Source: a bacterium
GTDB lineage: Bacteria > UBA8248
Length of the DNA stretch: 64,000 nt
Direction: 5' to 3'
Assembly: GCA_965202625.1 (NCBI GenBank)
Contig: CBDBBI010000010.1
Span: 384,001 to 448,000 of the forward strand
The position numbers were made by a program, and so were the translations under genes. Below, piece after piece: positions 21,441-31,619 of the stretch (position 1 is the first letter of the stretch; each line of letters opens with the position of its first letter). Below the pieces are notes generated by a model. The model saw only the letters and a list, made by a program, of their open reading frames with translations, ran no database searches and was not told where the DNA came from.

Positions 21441-21797
21441 ATGAGGTCGTCTTCAGCCAAAAATCCTTCCGCTGCGTCTCGCGCCGGTGATATCCTCCGT
21501 CATATTTTTGGAAATCTCGAGTACGGCCTCAACTTTCGCATGTGGGATGGCTCGGCGTTGGCGGTGGGACAAGAAGTGCTCCCCGTCACCGTGGTTTTCA
21601 CGTCGCTTGCCTCTTTCAAGCGCGTTTTGCTCAATCCCCAAGCGGACGGCTTTGCGGAAGCATATTGCGACGGAGAAATCGAATTTGAGGGCGATTTGTT
21701 TGAAGGCATGAAAGTGGCCGATAGTCTTGATAAGATTCAACTGACGATGACGTATAAACTCACGTTCGCTTTGCGCATATGGAAGCTGTCTGAATGA
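21441..21797 (+). CDS. Stand-alone N-terminal (lipid-binding) domain of CFA-synthase-like methyltransferase
   Basis: FRMWDGS...LLNP...FAEAYCDGEIEFEGDL matches the N-terminal region of CFA synthases; AGGAGG RBS. Confidence 0.7.
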   Translation: MRSSSAKNPSAASRAGDILRHIFGNLEYGLNFRMWDGSALAVGQEVLPVTVVFTSLASFKRVLLNPQADGFAEAYCDGEIEFEGDLFEGMKVADSLDKIQLTMTYKLTFALRIWKLSE

Positions 21798-22906
21798 GCA
21801 CTTGGGATGTTCTCATCGTTGGAGGCGGTCCGGGGGGCAGCACGGCTGGCTGGGAGTTGGCAAAGCGGGGCCGGCGCGTGCTGCTCCTTGACGCAGCGAC
21901 TTTTCCACGCGTGAAGCTTTGCGCGGGCTGGGTGACGAAGCAGGTCTTATCAGACCTTGAACTCGCGCCAAATGCATATCCTCATACGATACAGCCGTTT
22001 CAAAGCGTGTTCGTGGGCTATGACGACAAGCTCCTCGAGACGAAATGGAGCGAGCCTGCGAGTTATGGAATCGTCAGGAGCCAATTCGACTCCTATCTTC
22101 TGAGGCGCGCGCGGGAAGAGGGCGTTGAGGTGCAAGAGGGCGTGCGGATACGGGGCGTTGAGAAAACGTCTCGGGGAATGCAAGTGGATACCGGGGATGC
22201 GAAAATAGAGGCTTCTCTCGTCATTGGAGCGGGAGGACATACGTGTCCTGTCGCCAGAGCTTTTGGCGGCGTCTCGCAAAAAGAATCCGTTGTTTTGACG
22301 CAAGAGAGCGAAACGAACGTAGGAGCGGATACGTTGCGCTCCTTGGCGCCTAACTATGGCTTGCCCGAGTTGTTCGCGGAACCCGATTTCAAGGGTTACG
22401 CCTGGTATTTCACCAAGGGAGATTTTTTGAATATCGGCGTGGGCTGTATTGGCAAGCGACCGAGCGTTCATGAGCGACTGGAGACTCTGCTGGACAAATT
22501 TCGCCAAACGGGCAGGCTATCCGCGAAACTCGAACTGACGAAATTCCGCGGCCATGCCTATTCGATCTATCGTCGGCATCTTCGGAGGCCGGCGGGAGAC
22601 ACGTTCGTTTTGATTGGCGACGCTGCCGGACTGGCCAAGGATTTTAGTGGAGAGGGCATTGGTCCCGCCGTCCGTAGTGCGAAAATGGCGGCGGAAGCGG
22701 CGGATGCGTATTTAGAGACAGGGGAGAGTCTCTTTGCGTATGGCGAGGCGATTTCTGCGAAATATGGAAGCGGCGGGGAAGGTATGTTCGACAGGTTAAT
22801 TGACAAGGTTCCGGATAGTGTTCTTTTGGGTGTGGCCAGGTTTATTTGCGGCAATGCCTGGCTGAGGCGCCGATTGGTTTTAGAGGGTGCGTTCGGAATC
22901 GGTTAA
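21794..22906 (+). CDS. Geranylgeranyl reductase family FAD oxidoreductase
   Basis: GGGPGGS, FPRVKLCAGW, RSQFD, GYAWYF, IGDAAGL..GEGI; ATGA overlap with upstream gene. Confidence 0.88.
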   Translation: MSTWDVLIVGGGPGGSTAGWELAKRGRRVLLLDAATFPRVKLCAGWVTKQVLSDLELAPNAYPHTIQPFQSVFVGYDDKLLETKWSEPASYGIVRSQFDSYLLRRAREEGVEVQEGVRIRGVEKTSRGMQVDTGDAKIEASLVIGAGGHTCPVARAFGGVSQKESVVLTQESETNVGADTLRSLAPNYGLPELFAEPDFKGYAWYFTKGDFLNIGVGCIGKRPSVHERLETLLDKFRQTGRLSAKLELTKFRGHAYSIYRRHLRRPAGDTFVLIGDAAGLAKDFSGEGIGPAVRSAKMAAEAADAYLETGESLFAYGEAISAKYGSGGEGMFDRLIDKVPDSVLLGVARFICGNAWLRRRLVLEGAFGIG

Positions 22907-22925
22907 TCAAAGGTTTGAGGCGACA

Positions 22926-23843
22926 ATGGTGAAAGAGAGAACGAAAGATTTCGACGCCGAGGCGATATCGCATCACTACGATGTGTCCAATACGTTTTAC
23001 GAACAATTCCTCTGCGAAAACATGCTCTACACGTGTGCCTACTACCGTGAGCCCGACGGCGATCTCACCCAGGCCCAGCGTGACAAGATGGACCTTGTTT
23101 GCCAGAAACTCCGACTGTCCCCCGGAGATGATTATCTCGACATTGGCTGTGGGTGGGGCTCTTTAGCGATATGGGCGGCGAAGCGCTACGGCGTGAACGC
23201 AACCGGCGTGACGCTCTCGCGCGAGCAGGCGAAATGGGGCCAGGATTGGGTGCGTCGAGAGGGTCTCGAAGGTAGGTGCGAAATACATCACCTAGATTAC
23301 CGGGATTTTCCGGAGGAGAGGACTTTCAAGAAAATTTCCGCCATCGGAATCATTGAGCACATCGGCATTGCGAACTATCCGAGCTATTTCGCTTCCGTGA
23401 GGAAGCGTCTGCGCGATGGGGGTTTGTTCCTGAATCATGGAATTACGGCGAATAAATTTTGGAACCGCACGAGCCAATTTGACTTTCTGTTGCGCAACGT
23501 TTTTCCCAACGGCGAATTGGACAACATCTCTCATATTCAGGATGTGATGGAACTCGCGCGTTGGGAGATTCTGGACGTGGAGAGTCTAAGGCTTCACTAT
23601 GCGCGCACATGCAAGCAATGGTATGAGAAATTTGAAAAAAATACGCAAAGAATCAAAGAGTTAGTTGGTGAGCGCACCTATCGGATTTATCGAATCTGGC
23701 TTATTTGTTCGGCTAGCGCGTTTTTTTCAAATTCCTTGGGGCTCTATCAAGTTTTGGCGCAAAAATATAAAAGAACCTATTGTCAGGATGCCCCCACGAA
23801 TCGCGAGGATATATATAAAGCGCTTTTTGCCCTAGATGGTTAG
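22926..23843 (+). CDS. Cyclopropane-fatty-acyl-phospholipid synthase family methyltransferase (catalytic domain only)
   Basis: ISHHYDVSNTFY, YTCAYY, LDIGCGWG, VFPNGEL, LRLHYART. Confidence 0.9.
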   Translation: MVKERTKDFDAEAISHHYDVSNTFYEQFLCENMLYTCAYYREPDGDLTQAQRDKMDLVCQKLRLSPGDDYLDIGCGWGSLAIWAAKRYGVNATGVTLSREQAKWGQDWVRREGLEGRCEIHHLDYRDFPEERTFKKISAIGIIEHIGIANYPSYFASVRKRLRDGGLFLNHGITANKFWNRTSQFDFLLRNVFPNGELDNISHIQDVMELARWEILDVESLRLHYARTCKQWYEKFEKNTQRIKELVGERTYRIYRIWLICSASAFFSNSLGLYQVLAQKYKRTYCQDAPTNREDIYKALFALDG

Positions 23844-23867
23844 CTCTCGTTTGCGGAACCATGTGGC

Positions 23868-24860
23868 ATGAGTTCTCATAATTCCTTGGGTGTCCCCTCA
23901 TTCTCCCCCGCTTGGTATTGCTTGGGCCCTCACCTTCAAAGCGTATGGGGGTATTTTTTTCGAAAACATCCTCAAATCCCTTGGCGGCGGGAGCGTTGGG
24001 ACACGCCTGACGGCGATTTCCTCGACATTGATTTTCTGGATACGGGCGCGTCGGACGCTCCGACCTTGCTCGTTCTCCATGGGCTGGAAGGATCTTCCGG
24101 CTCGCATTACGTGCGCGGCACGGCCGAGAAGGCGAATGTGCTTGGCTGGAGGACGGCGGCATTGAACTTCCGCTCATGCAGCGGCGTCGAGAATCGAAAG
24201 CCTCGATTCTACCATTGCGGGGAGACGGGAGATTTGGATTTCGTGGTGAATCGCATTCTCGAGAGATTTCATGGGCCTCTGGCGTTGGTGGGATTCTCTC
24301 TCGGGGGGAGCGTCCTGTTGAAATGGCTGGGAGAACATGGAGAGACGGTTTCATCGCGGATATGTGGGGCTGTGGGAATTTCCGTCAGTTTCGCTCCTGC
24401 TGCGTGCGCTCGGGTTCTGGATTCCTTGCGAGGCTACTTGTTCAGATGGCATTTACTCACTATGGCAAAGCGAAAAGCCTATCGTCTTTACGAATCGTAC
24501 CCCCGACTCTTCGAGATAGACAAAGTGAGGGGTGCGCGGACTTTCCATGAATTCGATCGCCTGCTCATCGCGCCCTTGTATGGTTTTCGCGATGAGATAG
24601 ATTATTATGAAAAAGCCGACTCCTCCCCATATTTGCCCCGTGTGTGCGTGAGAACACTCATCCTCTCATCGGAGGATGACCCCATCGTTCCGTCCCATGT
24701 TTTTCCCCGAAAGCAAATAGAGGAATCGAGGTGGCTCAAGGGTATTTTGTTGAAAAAAGGGGGGCACGTGGGTTTTGTGTCGGGGCGGGACGTCCGCTCG
24801 CCGATTTACTGGGGTGAGAATCGCGCGCTGGAATTTCTGGAAACCTGCCTGAAATCATGA
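23868..24860 (+). CDS. YheT-family alpha/beta hydrolase
   Basis: GPHLQS, HGLEGSS..Y, GFSLGG nucleophile elbow, DDPI, GGHVGF. Confidence 0.9.
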   Translation: MSSHNSLGVPSFSPAWYCLGPHLQSVWGYFFRKHPQIPWRRERWDTPDGDFLDIDFLDTGASDAPTLLVLHGLEGSSGSHYVRGTAEKANVLGWRTAALNFRSCSGVENRKPRFYHCGETGDLDFVVNRILERFHGPLALVGFSLGGSVLLKWLGEHGETVSSRICGAVGISVSFAPAACARVLDSLRGYLFRWHLLTMAKRKAYRLYESYPRLFEIDKVRGARTFHEFDRLLIAPLYGFRDEIDYYEKADSSPYLPRVCVRTLILSSEDDPIVPSHVFPRKQIEESRWLKGILLKKGGHVGFVSGRDVRSPIYWGENRALEFLETCLKS

Positions 24861-24909
24861 TTTGTGAAGCCCACGAGGGGAGCCAGAGGGGCTTTCGTCG
24901 TCGAGTGCG

Positions 24910-26004
24910 TTAAACTTTTCTGCTGTGCTCTCTCGCACCTAATCGCTTGTGGCGTTCTATCGCGCAGTGGATGAGCCGATCCAGCATTTCCGCGTAGGGG
25001 ACGCCAGTTGCCTGTATCATTCGGGGGTATCCGCTCAGTCGTGTGAACCCGGGGAGCGTGTTCACTTCGTTGATATAGATTTCACCCGTTTTTTCGCGGT
25101 AAAAGAAATCCACGCGGGCGAGTCCCGAACAACCTAAAACCCGGAACGCGCTCCGCGCGTAGGAGCGGGCATTATTGGCGACCGACTTTTCTAAGGGCGC
25201 GGGAATCCGCAATTCGGCGTGCCCTTCTTCGTATTTTGCCTCATAGTCGTACCAGCCGGATTTTGTCTTGATTTCCATGAGCGGGCTGGTGATGAGGCCG
25301 CTTGTCGATGGCCCCTCAAGCACGGCGCATTCCAGCTCTTGGCCCCGAGCGTGTTCTTCAATCAAGACTTTGTGGTCAAATCTTAGAGCGTCGCGCACGG
25401 CGTCATAGAGCTCCTGCGGGCTTTCCACCTGGTGAACGCCAACGCTGCTGCCTGAGGAGGAGGGTTTGACGAATAACGGATAGCCGATTTTGGATGCCGT
25501 TTCCTCCTGAATGGAATTTTGGTTCTTCTCCCATGTCTCTGCATACAAGGTAATCGCTGGCAAAACGGGCAGCCCCGCCGCGTGCAGAACCGCCTTGGCC
25601 ACAGCTTTGTCCATCGATATTGCGGATGACGCGCATCCAGAACCCACGAATGGAACCTCCGCCAACTCGAACAACCCTTGGAGGGTGCCGTCCTCCCCGA
25701 AAGCGCCGTGAATGATGGGAAAGAATACGGCGATATTGAGGCTTTCATTGTTCGAGGCGTATCGAAGTGCTTTTCCATTTGGAGTGCCTGAAAAAAGTAC
25801 CTCCTCACCCGCCTCGGCCGGCGCATTCTGGCTGGGAAGGGAGAACCATGCGCCTGATTTCGTGATGAATATGGGGTGGATGTCATATTTTTGGGGGTCC
25901 AACTCCGCCATAATGGCTTTGCCCGAGTTGAGGCTCACCTCGTGCTCCGTGGATCGGCCGCCGAATATCACGCCGACTTTCATTTTGCCTGAGCATGGCC
26001 TCAT
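24910..26004 (-). CDS. ddl: D-alanine--D-alanine ligase
   Basis: GGRSTEHEVSL, HGAFGEDG, VKPSSSGSSVG, YDYEAKY, NEVNTLPGFT. Confidence 0.95.
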   Translation of the reverse strand: MRPCSGKMKVGVIFGGRSTEHEVSLNSGKAIMAELDPQKYDIHPIFITKSGAWFSLPSQNAPAEAGEEVLFSGTPNGKALRYASNNESLNIAVFFPIIHGAFGEDGTLQGLFELAEVPFVGSGCASSAISMDKAVAKAVLHAAGLPVLPAITLYAETWEKNQNSIQEETASKIGYPLFVKPSSSGSSVGVHQVESPQELYDAVRDALRFDHKVLIEEHARGQELECAVLEGPSTSGLITSPLMEIKTKSGWYDYEAKYEEGHAELRIPAPLEKSVANNARSYARSAFRVLGCSGLARVDFFYREKTGEIYINEVNTLPGFTRLSGYPRMIQATGVPYAEMLDRLIHCAIERHKRLGAREHSRKV

Positions 26005-26057
26005 AGTGGGAATATCCTGAGCGTGGACGATGTATGTGACCCTCTTTGATAGGGTAG

Positions 26058-26630
26058 TCAGCGTATCAGTTGCGAGAGGAATTTGAAGTCCCCCGTGCCG
26101 GCCACTTGCAGCAAGTCGAACAGTGCCTGTTCGGTCGTGGTGGGAACGGCACCGGCGCGTTCAAGGGTTAATAATCCTGTACGCCAGTTTAGCTTCGAGC
26201 GTGAGCAGAGCGCATCGGCCACCACATGAACGATAAAGCCGTTTTCCAATAAATCGAGTGCCGTTTGATAACAACAGACATGTGTCTCCGCTCCGGTGAG
26301 CAGTATTTTTGTTTTTCCAGATGCGCGCAGGCGCGGCAAAAATGTCTTCTCCCCGCAACAGCTGAACGAAATTTTTGCGATCGGTGAGAATCCGGGTATT
26401 GTCGTTTTGACTTCATCGACCGTGGGGCCGAGTCCCTTGGGGTATTGCTCGGTGACGAAAACTGGAAAATCAAGCCGAGCCGCCGCTCCGGCCAGTGTCT
26501 GAATACGAGCGATGACCTGGGCGCGAACGTTTTCTCTCATGGCGGCCATGAGTCTTTCTTGCGCGTCGACAACGAGCAATAGACATTCTTCTGGCCTCAG
26601 CCGAAATGCGTCAACGCTTGGGCTTGGCAT
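26058..26630 (-). CDS. Isochorismatase family hydrolase
   Basis: VVDAQERL, TEQYPKGLG, ETHVCCYQT. Confidence 0.9.
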   Translation of the reverse strand: MPSPSVDAFRLRPEECLLLVVDAQERLMAAMRENVRAQVIARIQTLAGAAARLDFPVFVTEQYPKGLGPTVDEVKTTIPGFSPIAKISFSCCGEKTFLPRLRASGKTKILLTGAETHVCCYQTALDLLENGFIVHVVADALCSRSKLNWRTGLLTLERAGAVPTTTEQALFDLLQVAGTGDFKFLSQLIR

Positions 26631-26785
26631 ACGCTCTCCGCAACAGAAGGTATCCTGCAGGCGAGTATAGCGTTTCTACAGGGGCTTGAGGAATGGGCGT
26701 AAAGCCTTGATTCCCATATTTATGTAGGATAGCATCGCTCAGCAAAATCCTTAGCTATCGCCTATGTGCGCAAAAGGAGGAAACC

Positions 26786-27775
26786 ATGCATGGGAAGGCG
26801 AAAGTTGTCCTCACCGATTACGTTTGGGAATCTTTGGACGTGGAGAACAGGATTTTAGGAGATATGGCCGAGATTGTCGCCTTGCAGGCGAAGGCGCCAG
26901 CGGAATTTTTGTCCGAGGCTGCTGATTGTGACGCCATACTGAACACCTATGCCGGTCCGATCACGAAAGAGGATATGGCGAAAATGCCGAATTGCAAGAT
27001 TATCGCGAGATACGGCATTGGGGTGGATACGATCGACTTGGACGCCGCTACGGAGGCGGGCATCATCGTCACGAATAATCCTGCTTATTGCATTGAAGAG
27101 GTTGCGGAGCACACAATGGCACTCTTGCTCGCATCGGCGAGAAAGGTTGTTTTTTATGACAGGCAGGCGCGCGCGGGCAAATGGGAGGTGCCGCCAGGTA
27201 AGCCGATGTTCCGACTGACAGGCGCCACTCTTGGGCTTGTGGGTTTTGGGAATATCGCCCGGATGGTGGCCGCTCGCGCCGCCTCATTCGGAATGAACGT
27301 TTTATTTAGCGATCCTTTCGTGGAGGAGGGGCGGTTTGATGCGCCGGGCAAGCGGCTGGAACTGACCGAAACGCTTGCGCAGTCTGACTTTGTCTCCATT
27401 CACCCGCCGCTTATACCTCAAACGCGTGGAATGATGAACGATGAGGCTTTCTCACAGATGAAAAACACCGCTTTTCTCATCAATTGCTCTCGCGGACCCA
27501 TAGTTGACACAGACGCCCTAGTCCGCGCGTTGGATGCAGGCGAGATCGCCGGGTGCTCTCTGGATACAACCGACCCGGAACCTCTGCCCGATCCGCACCC
27601 TCTGCGTGGCCGTGAGAACGTGATCATCAACCCGCACGTAGCCTGGTACAGTGAGCAATCAATGGTAGGGCTCCAGCAGGGCGCACCCAATGAGGTCAGG
27701 CGCGTTTTGTTGGATGAATGGCCTGTGAACGTGGTAAATAAAGACGTTAGGGGAAGGAGCAGAATTGGCCTGTAG
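26786..27775 (+). CDS. D-2-hydroxyacid dehydrogenase (CtBP-like)
   Basis: RYGIGVD, YCIEEVAEH, GFGNIA, NCSRG, PHVAWYS. Confidence 0.92.
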   Translation: MHGKAKVVLTDYVWESLDVENRILGDMAEIVALQAKAPAEFLSEAADCDAILNTYAGPITKEDMAKMPNCKIIARYGIGVDTIDLDAATEAGIIVTNNPAYCIEEVAEHTMALLLASARKVVFYDRQARAGKWEVPPGKPMFRLTGATLGLVGFGNIARMVAARAASFGMNVLFSDPFVEEGRFDAPGKRLELTETLAQSDFVSIHPPLIPQTRGMMNDEAFSQMKNTAFLINCSRGPIVDTDALVRALDAGEIAGCSLDTTDPEPLPDPHPLRGRENVIINPHVAWYSEQSMVGLQQGAPNEVRRVLLDEWPVNVVNKDVRGRSRIGL

Positions 27776-27995
27776 CGACACGGAGCATGGAGGTTTTGAG
27801 AAAGTATGCGACAATGGAAGTCGCCTCTTCGCCATTACACAATTCGATATTTCATTGATAAATTGAGCTTTCGATAAACGTTGCTCTTGAGGGGAACGAA
27901 GTGCTTCGCCCGTGCGAACTATGGAGGAGGAGTTCGCCCCCGTGTATGTCCTTCATGGGTTCAGAAACAGGAGAAGAGAAACCCTCCTCTGGGTC

Positions 27996-28024
27996 TTGAC
28001 ATGAGGTGATTTCGCCCGTAATAA
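27996..28024 (+). promoter_or_regulatory. Putative sigma70 promoter of the Rieske/cyt b operon
   Basis: TTGACA-17 nt-TAATAA. Confidence 0.5.
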
Positions 28025-28192
28025 AGTCCATTAATTATGATGTTTCCATATGGTCTTGGCGTCCGACGAGATCATGCGTCGCCCATGGTAAAGTCGAATG
28101 AATAGGTTTCGTTGTTCGTAATTTTTATGAATCGTGTATCTGTGGAAAGGTGAATTCTCGGATGAGCGTGAGAACAGGAGCCTAACGTCCTC

Positions 28193-28747
28193 ATGGACAC
28201 TCGTTTGAAATCTCCTCAGGTGAAGTTGCCCGCTGATTATGAGGCAGAGGCGAAACAGAACAAAGGGTTTATCGACCGCAGACGGTTTATGAACTACACC
28301 GGATGGCTGGGTATCCTGGGCAGCCTCCAAATCGCGCTGCTGGGGTTTTTGAGATTTATGTTCCCGCGCGTTTTATTCGAACCCCCCACCGAATTCAAGG
28401 CGGGTAATCCCGGAGACTACGCTGTGGGCGTGGTGGATACCCGATATGTGAACAGTGAGCGCGTATGGATTATTCGAGAGCAGGAGGGGTTTTACGCGTT
28501 GAGTGCAATATGTACGCATTTGGGGTGTACTCCGAAATATCTGGGTTCTGAGGATAAGTTCAAGTGTCCGTGCCACGGAAGCGGATTTCGCAGGAGCGGC
28601 GTGAATTTTGAGGGTCCCGCTCCGAGGCCGCTAGAGAGGCTGAAAATCGGTCTGGCCGAGGACGGGCAGCTACTCATTGATAAGGGCAAAATTTTTCGCC
28701 ATGAAAAAGGGGAATGGGAGAATCCGAGCTCTTTTCTCTTTATCTAA
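28193..28747 (+). CDS. Rieske [2Fe-2S] subunit of a quinol:cytochrome c oxidoreductase
   Basis: DRRRF Tat-like signal plus TM helix, CTHLGC, CPCHGS, GPAPRPL. Confidence 0.95.
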   Translation: MDTRLKSPQVKLPADYEAEAKQNKGFIDRRRFMNYTGWLGILGSLQIALLGFLRFMFPRVLFEPPTEFKAGNPGDYAVGVVDTRYVNSERVWIIREQEGFYALSAICTHLGCTPKYLGSEDKFKCPCHGSGFRRSGVNFEGPAPRPLERLKIGLAEDGQLLIDKGKIFRHEKGEWENPSSFLFI

Positions 28748-28789
28748 AGATTATCTGTTCGTTTGATGGCGAGCGGGTGGAGGTACTAG

Positions 28790-29578
28790 ATGTCCAGTTT
28801 GAAAGAACGCTTCAACCTAGAGCAGGTGAAAAGAAACGTTCTCGACTCCCAGGTGTGGAGATCGATGTTCCGGCATGGGTATGAAGATACTCCGAGGAAC
28901 CGTGTTCTCATGGTCGTGGATAATCTATGGCTGCACCTCCATCCCACGAAAATTAGGCGTCACGCCATTCGAATTCGTTTCACGTGGTGCATGGGTGGTG
29001 TGACGTTCTTGCTGTTCTTGTACCTTGTCGTCACCGGCGTTGTATTGATGTTTTACTATCGGCCAGTGGGCGAATACGCCTATGCCGACATTAAATTCCT
29101 AGAGTTTGACGCCCCCTTCGGCATGTTTATGCGCAACATGCATAGATGGGCGGCACACGCCATGGTCATCGCCGTGTGGCTGCACATGCTGCGCGTATTT
29201 ATGACGGGTTCCTACAAGCCGCCTCGTGAGTTCAACTGGGTGATCGGGGTGTTGTTGCTGACGCTCACCCTCTTGCTCAGCTTCACAGGCTATTTGCTTC
29301 CTTGGGATCAGTTGGCCATCTGGGCAGTTACGGTCGGAACCAACATGGCGCGTGCCACCCCCCTATTGGGGCATGAGGGCCCGTTTGCGGATATTGTGGG
29401 TGTTACACCCCGTTTTGACGCGCGCTCGGTTCTTCTCGGAGGAACCATCGTTGGCCCGCCCACGCTTCTGCGTTTCTACGTGCTACATTGCATTGTGGTT
29501 CCTTTAATAGCGTCGATTTTGATGATGGTGCATTTTTGGAGAATCCGCAAGGACGGGGGCATCTCCGGGCCTTTGTAA
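28790..29578 (+). CDS. Cytochrome b6-type N-terminal subunit
   Basis: [46 protein letters not shown]. Confidence 0.95.
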   Translation: MSSLKERFNLEQVKRNVLDSQVWRSMFRHGYEDTPRNRVLMVVDNLWLHLHPTKIRRHAIRIRFTWCMGGVTFLLFLYLVVTGVVLMFYYRPVGEYAYADIKFLEFDAPFGMFMRNMHRWAAHAMVIAVWLHMLRVFMTGSYKPPREFNWVIGVLLLTLTLLLSFTGYLLPWDQLAIWAVTVGTNMARATPLLGHEGPFADIVGVTPRFDARSVLLGGTIVGPPTLLRFYVLHCIVVPLIASILMMVHFWRIRKDGGISGPL

Positions 29579-29599
29579 ATTTCCGCACATTGAGGAAAG

Positions 29600-30388
29600 G
29601 TGAGGACATTGGCCAAGGAAGACAAGGTGGTCGGATCTGCCGACGACATGGCAAAAACGAGCTGGGAGCGGGTGAACGACAAGGTTCACGTGTGGCCCTA
29701 TCTAACGCGTCTGGAGTTTATGTGCGCAATCATCATCACGTTGTTTTTGGTGGTTTGGTCCATCGTTATCGACGCGCCGCTGGAGGAGCCGGCGAATCCT
29801 TCCGTCACGCCCAACCCGTCGAAAGCCCCATGGTATTTTTTGGGACTACAGGAGATGCTCGTGTATTTCGACCCTTGGATGGCGGGCGTCGTCCTCCCCA
29901 CGCTCATCATCGTGGGCTTGATGGCCATTCCCTATATTGACGTGAACCCCAAGGGGAACGGCTATTACACCTTTCATGAGCGCAGATTCGCCATCATCAC
30001 CTTCTTGTTCGGTTTTTTGGTCTTGTGGGTGTGGATGGTGGTGCAGGGGACTTTTCTGCGGGGTCCCGGCTGGAACTTCTTTATGCCCTGGGAGTATTGG
30101 GACCCCCATAAAGTCGTGGCGCTGACGAACGTAGATTTACCCTATATGATAGGCTTCAGAAGCTACTGGGGCCAAGCAGCGGCGGGCACTGCGATGGTCG
30201 TCCTTTGGTACGCCACCATTCCGGCATACTATATTTGGCGGCGAGATAGGATGGCGAATGTAGGTCTCGTCCGATATGGACTGAAAGCGTTTTTGTATAT
30301 GACGATGATGGGACTGGTCGCGAAAATGACGCTGCGCATCGGACTTAATGTGAAATACGTTCTTGTGACTCCATGGTTTAATATCTAG
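29600..30388 (+). CDS. Cytochrome b6 subunit IV-like (cytochrome b C-terminal) protein
   Basis: VWPYL, APLEEPANPSVTPNPSKAPWYFLGLQE, IPYID. Confidence 0.9.
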   Translation: MRTLAKEDKVVGSADDMAKTSWERVNDKVHVWPYLTRLEFMCAIIITLFLVVWSIVIDAPLEEPANPSVTPNPSKAPWYFLGLQEMLVYFDPWMAGVVLPTLIIVGLMAIPYIDVNPKGNGYYTFHERRFAIITFLFGFLVLWVWMVVQGTFLRGPGWNFFMPWEYWDPHKVVALTNVDLPYMIGFRSYWGQAAAGTAMVVLWYATIPAYYIWRRDRMANVGLVRYGLKAFLYMTMMGLVAKMTLRIGLNVKYVLVTPWFNI

Positions 30389-30414
30389 GGTTCACGGGGC
30401 TTCGGACGGAGAAT

Positions 30415-30528
30415 ATGGTTCAGGTTCAAGATAGGCAGAGAAAGCACCTGTGGTGGGATGCTTGCGGCGTAAAATTGGGTGCCGTCGCCCTGCTGATCGC
30501 GTCTGGAGTGATATGCCTCTTGGCCTAA
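30415..30528 (+). CDS. Putative 37-aa single-TM small protein (MVQVQDRQRKHLWWDACGVKLGAVALLIASGVICLLA)
   Basis: Hand-translated; GGACGGAG just upstream; C-terminal hydrophobic helix; 26 nt after subunit IV. Confidence 0.4.
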   Translation: MVQVQDRQRKHLWWDACGVKLGAVALLIASGVICLLA

Positions 30529-30563
30529 TGAGTTTGAAAACGTATCACCCCCTTTTGGGGAGG

Positions 30564-31073
30564 TTAACCCGAGGGCCAGGCCATGCCGTGGTTATGCAGG
30601 AGCTCTCGAAGTTTCGAGACGTTAATCAATTCCATTGGAGCACCCTCTGAGTATTTTTGCACCTCTTCCGTAAAATACCCTGTCGATATGAGGATTCCCT
30701 TCAGTGCCCTTTCGGCGCGCACGGTGTCGGATAGGCCGATTACCCGTATCGAGTTCACGAAATCTCCCTCGGCCACCAATATACCATGGACAATGTAGTC
30801 GCCGCCGATAAGGGGGGCGGGGTTATGTGCAAGGATGTCGATTTCCTCGCCATTGACCCAGTGAACCTCAACGATGCGCATGTTGATATTTTCGAGCAAG
30901 TCGACGAGCATGTGCTCGAATGCATCTGGCGATAGCCGGCGTAGGGAATCGATTTCAGAGTCGTTTCGGATTTCTTCCGCATCCGCTTCAAGCGCGATGT
31001 TCGATGTTGTTCTCTTGACGAATAGTATGGTGATGAACCCCAGGACGAGCGCGAAGAAGATGAGTTCTAGCAT
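30564..31073 (-). CDS. Membrane-anchored Mrr-like (restriction endonuclease fold) protein
   Basis: N-terminal TM, then LSPDAFEHMLVDLL, EIDILA, KGILISTGYFT, MELIN..KLRELL. Confidence 0.75.
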   Translation of the reverse strand: MLELIFFALVLGFITILFVKRTTSNIALEADAEEIRNDSEIDSLRRLSPDAFEHMLVDLLENINMRIVEVHWVNGEEIDILAHNPAPLIGGDYIVHGILVAEGDFVNSIRVIGLSDTVRAERALKGILISTGYFTEEVQKYSEGAPMELINVSKLRELLHNHGMAWPSG

Positions 31074-31195
31074 GTGGATACCCAAAGATTTGCAAAGATA
31101 GAACGCATCGCCGCGCTTCGGTGATTCGTCAAGGGTTCGAGGCTCCAGAATGGACGCGTCCGAAGAGACATGCGCTCGGGCGCACTAGAGAGCAG

Positions 31196-31363
31196 CTATC
31201 GAATCATCTCGTCATATACGTCGTCTTTTTTCCCTTTTTCGATGAGTTTGTCGTGTCTGAGACCTTGCGATATCGCCAACCAGACGAAATACCCCACTAA
31301 GGGGATCATGAACGCGATAGGTATGTTGTCAGGTTTCGTTAGAATGGCCAAAAAATTTTCCAT
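31196..31363 (-). CDS. 55-aa membrane protein (KPDNIPI motif)
   Basis: MENFLAILTKPDNIPIAFMIPLVGYFVWLAISQGLRHDKL...; GAGG RBS; one TM helix. Confidence 0.7.
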   Translation of the reverse strand: MENFLAILTKPDNIPIAFMIPLVGYFVWLAISQGLRHDKLIEKGKKDDVYDEMIR

Positions 31364-31619
31364 CTCAGATCCTCTACGTATGCCTGGGCGGTTAGTGATA
31401 GAAGCAATACCCTTATTCTGGCGGAAATGGAAGCGGGGGGCAAGAGAATTAGAAGTTTCGCTCTGGGATGGGAGCCAGCCGCTCGGCAATGCGTCTTGAC
31501 AACTGCGGCGCGGAATGGATATATCTTTGATGTGCGAGAGATATATTGTCGGGTTCTAGTGTGCGCCCGGCGAGTTGCCCTTTGGCAAGGGAATCCGGCA
31601 AGAGAAAGAGGCTATAGAA

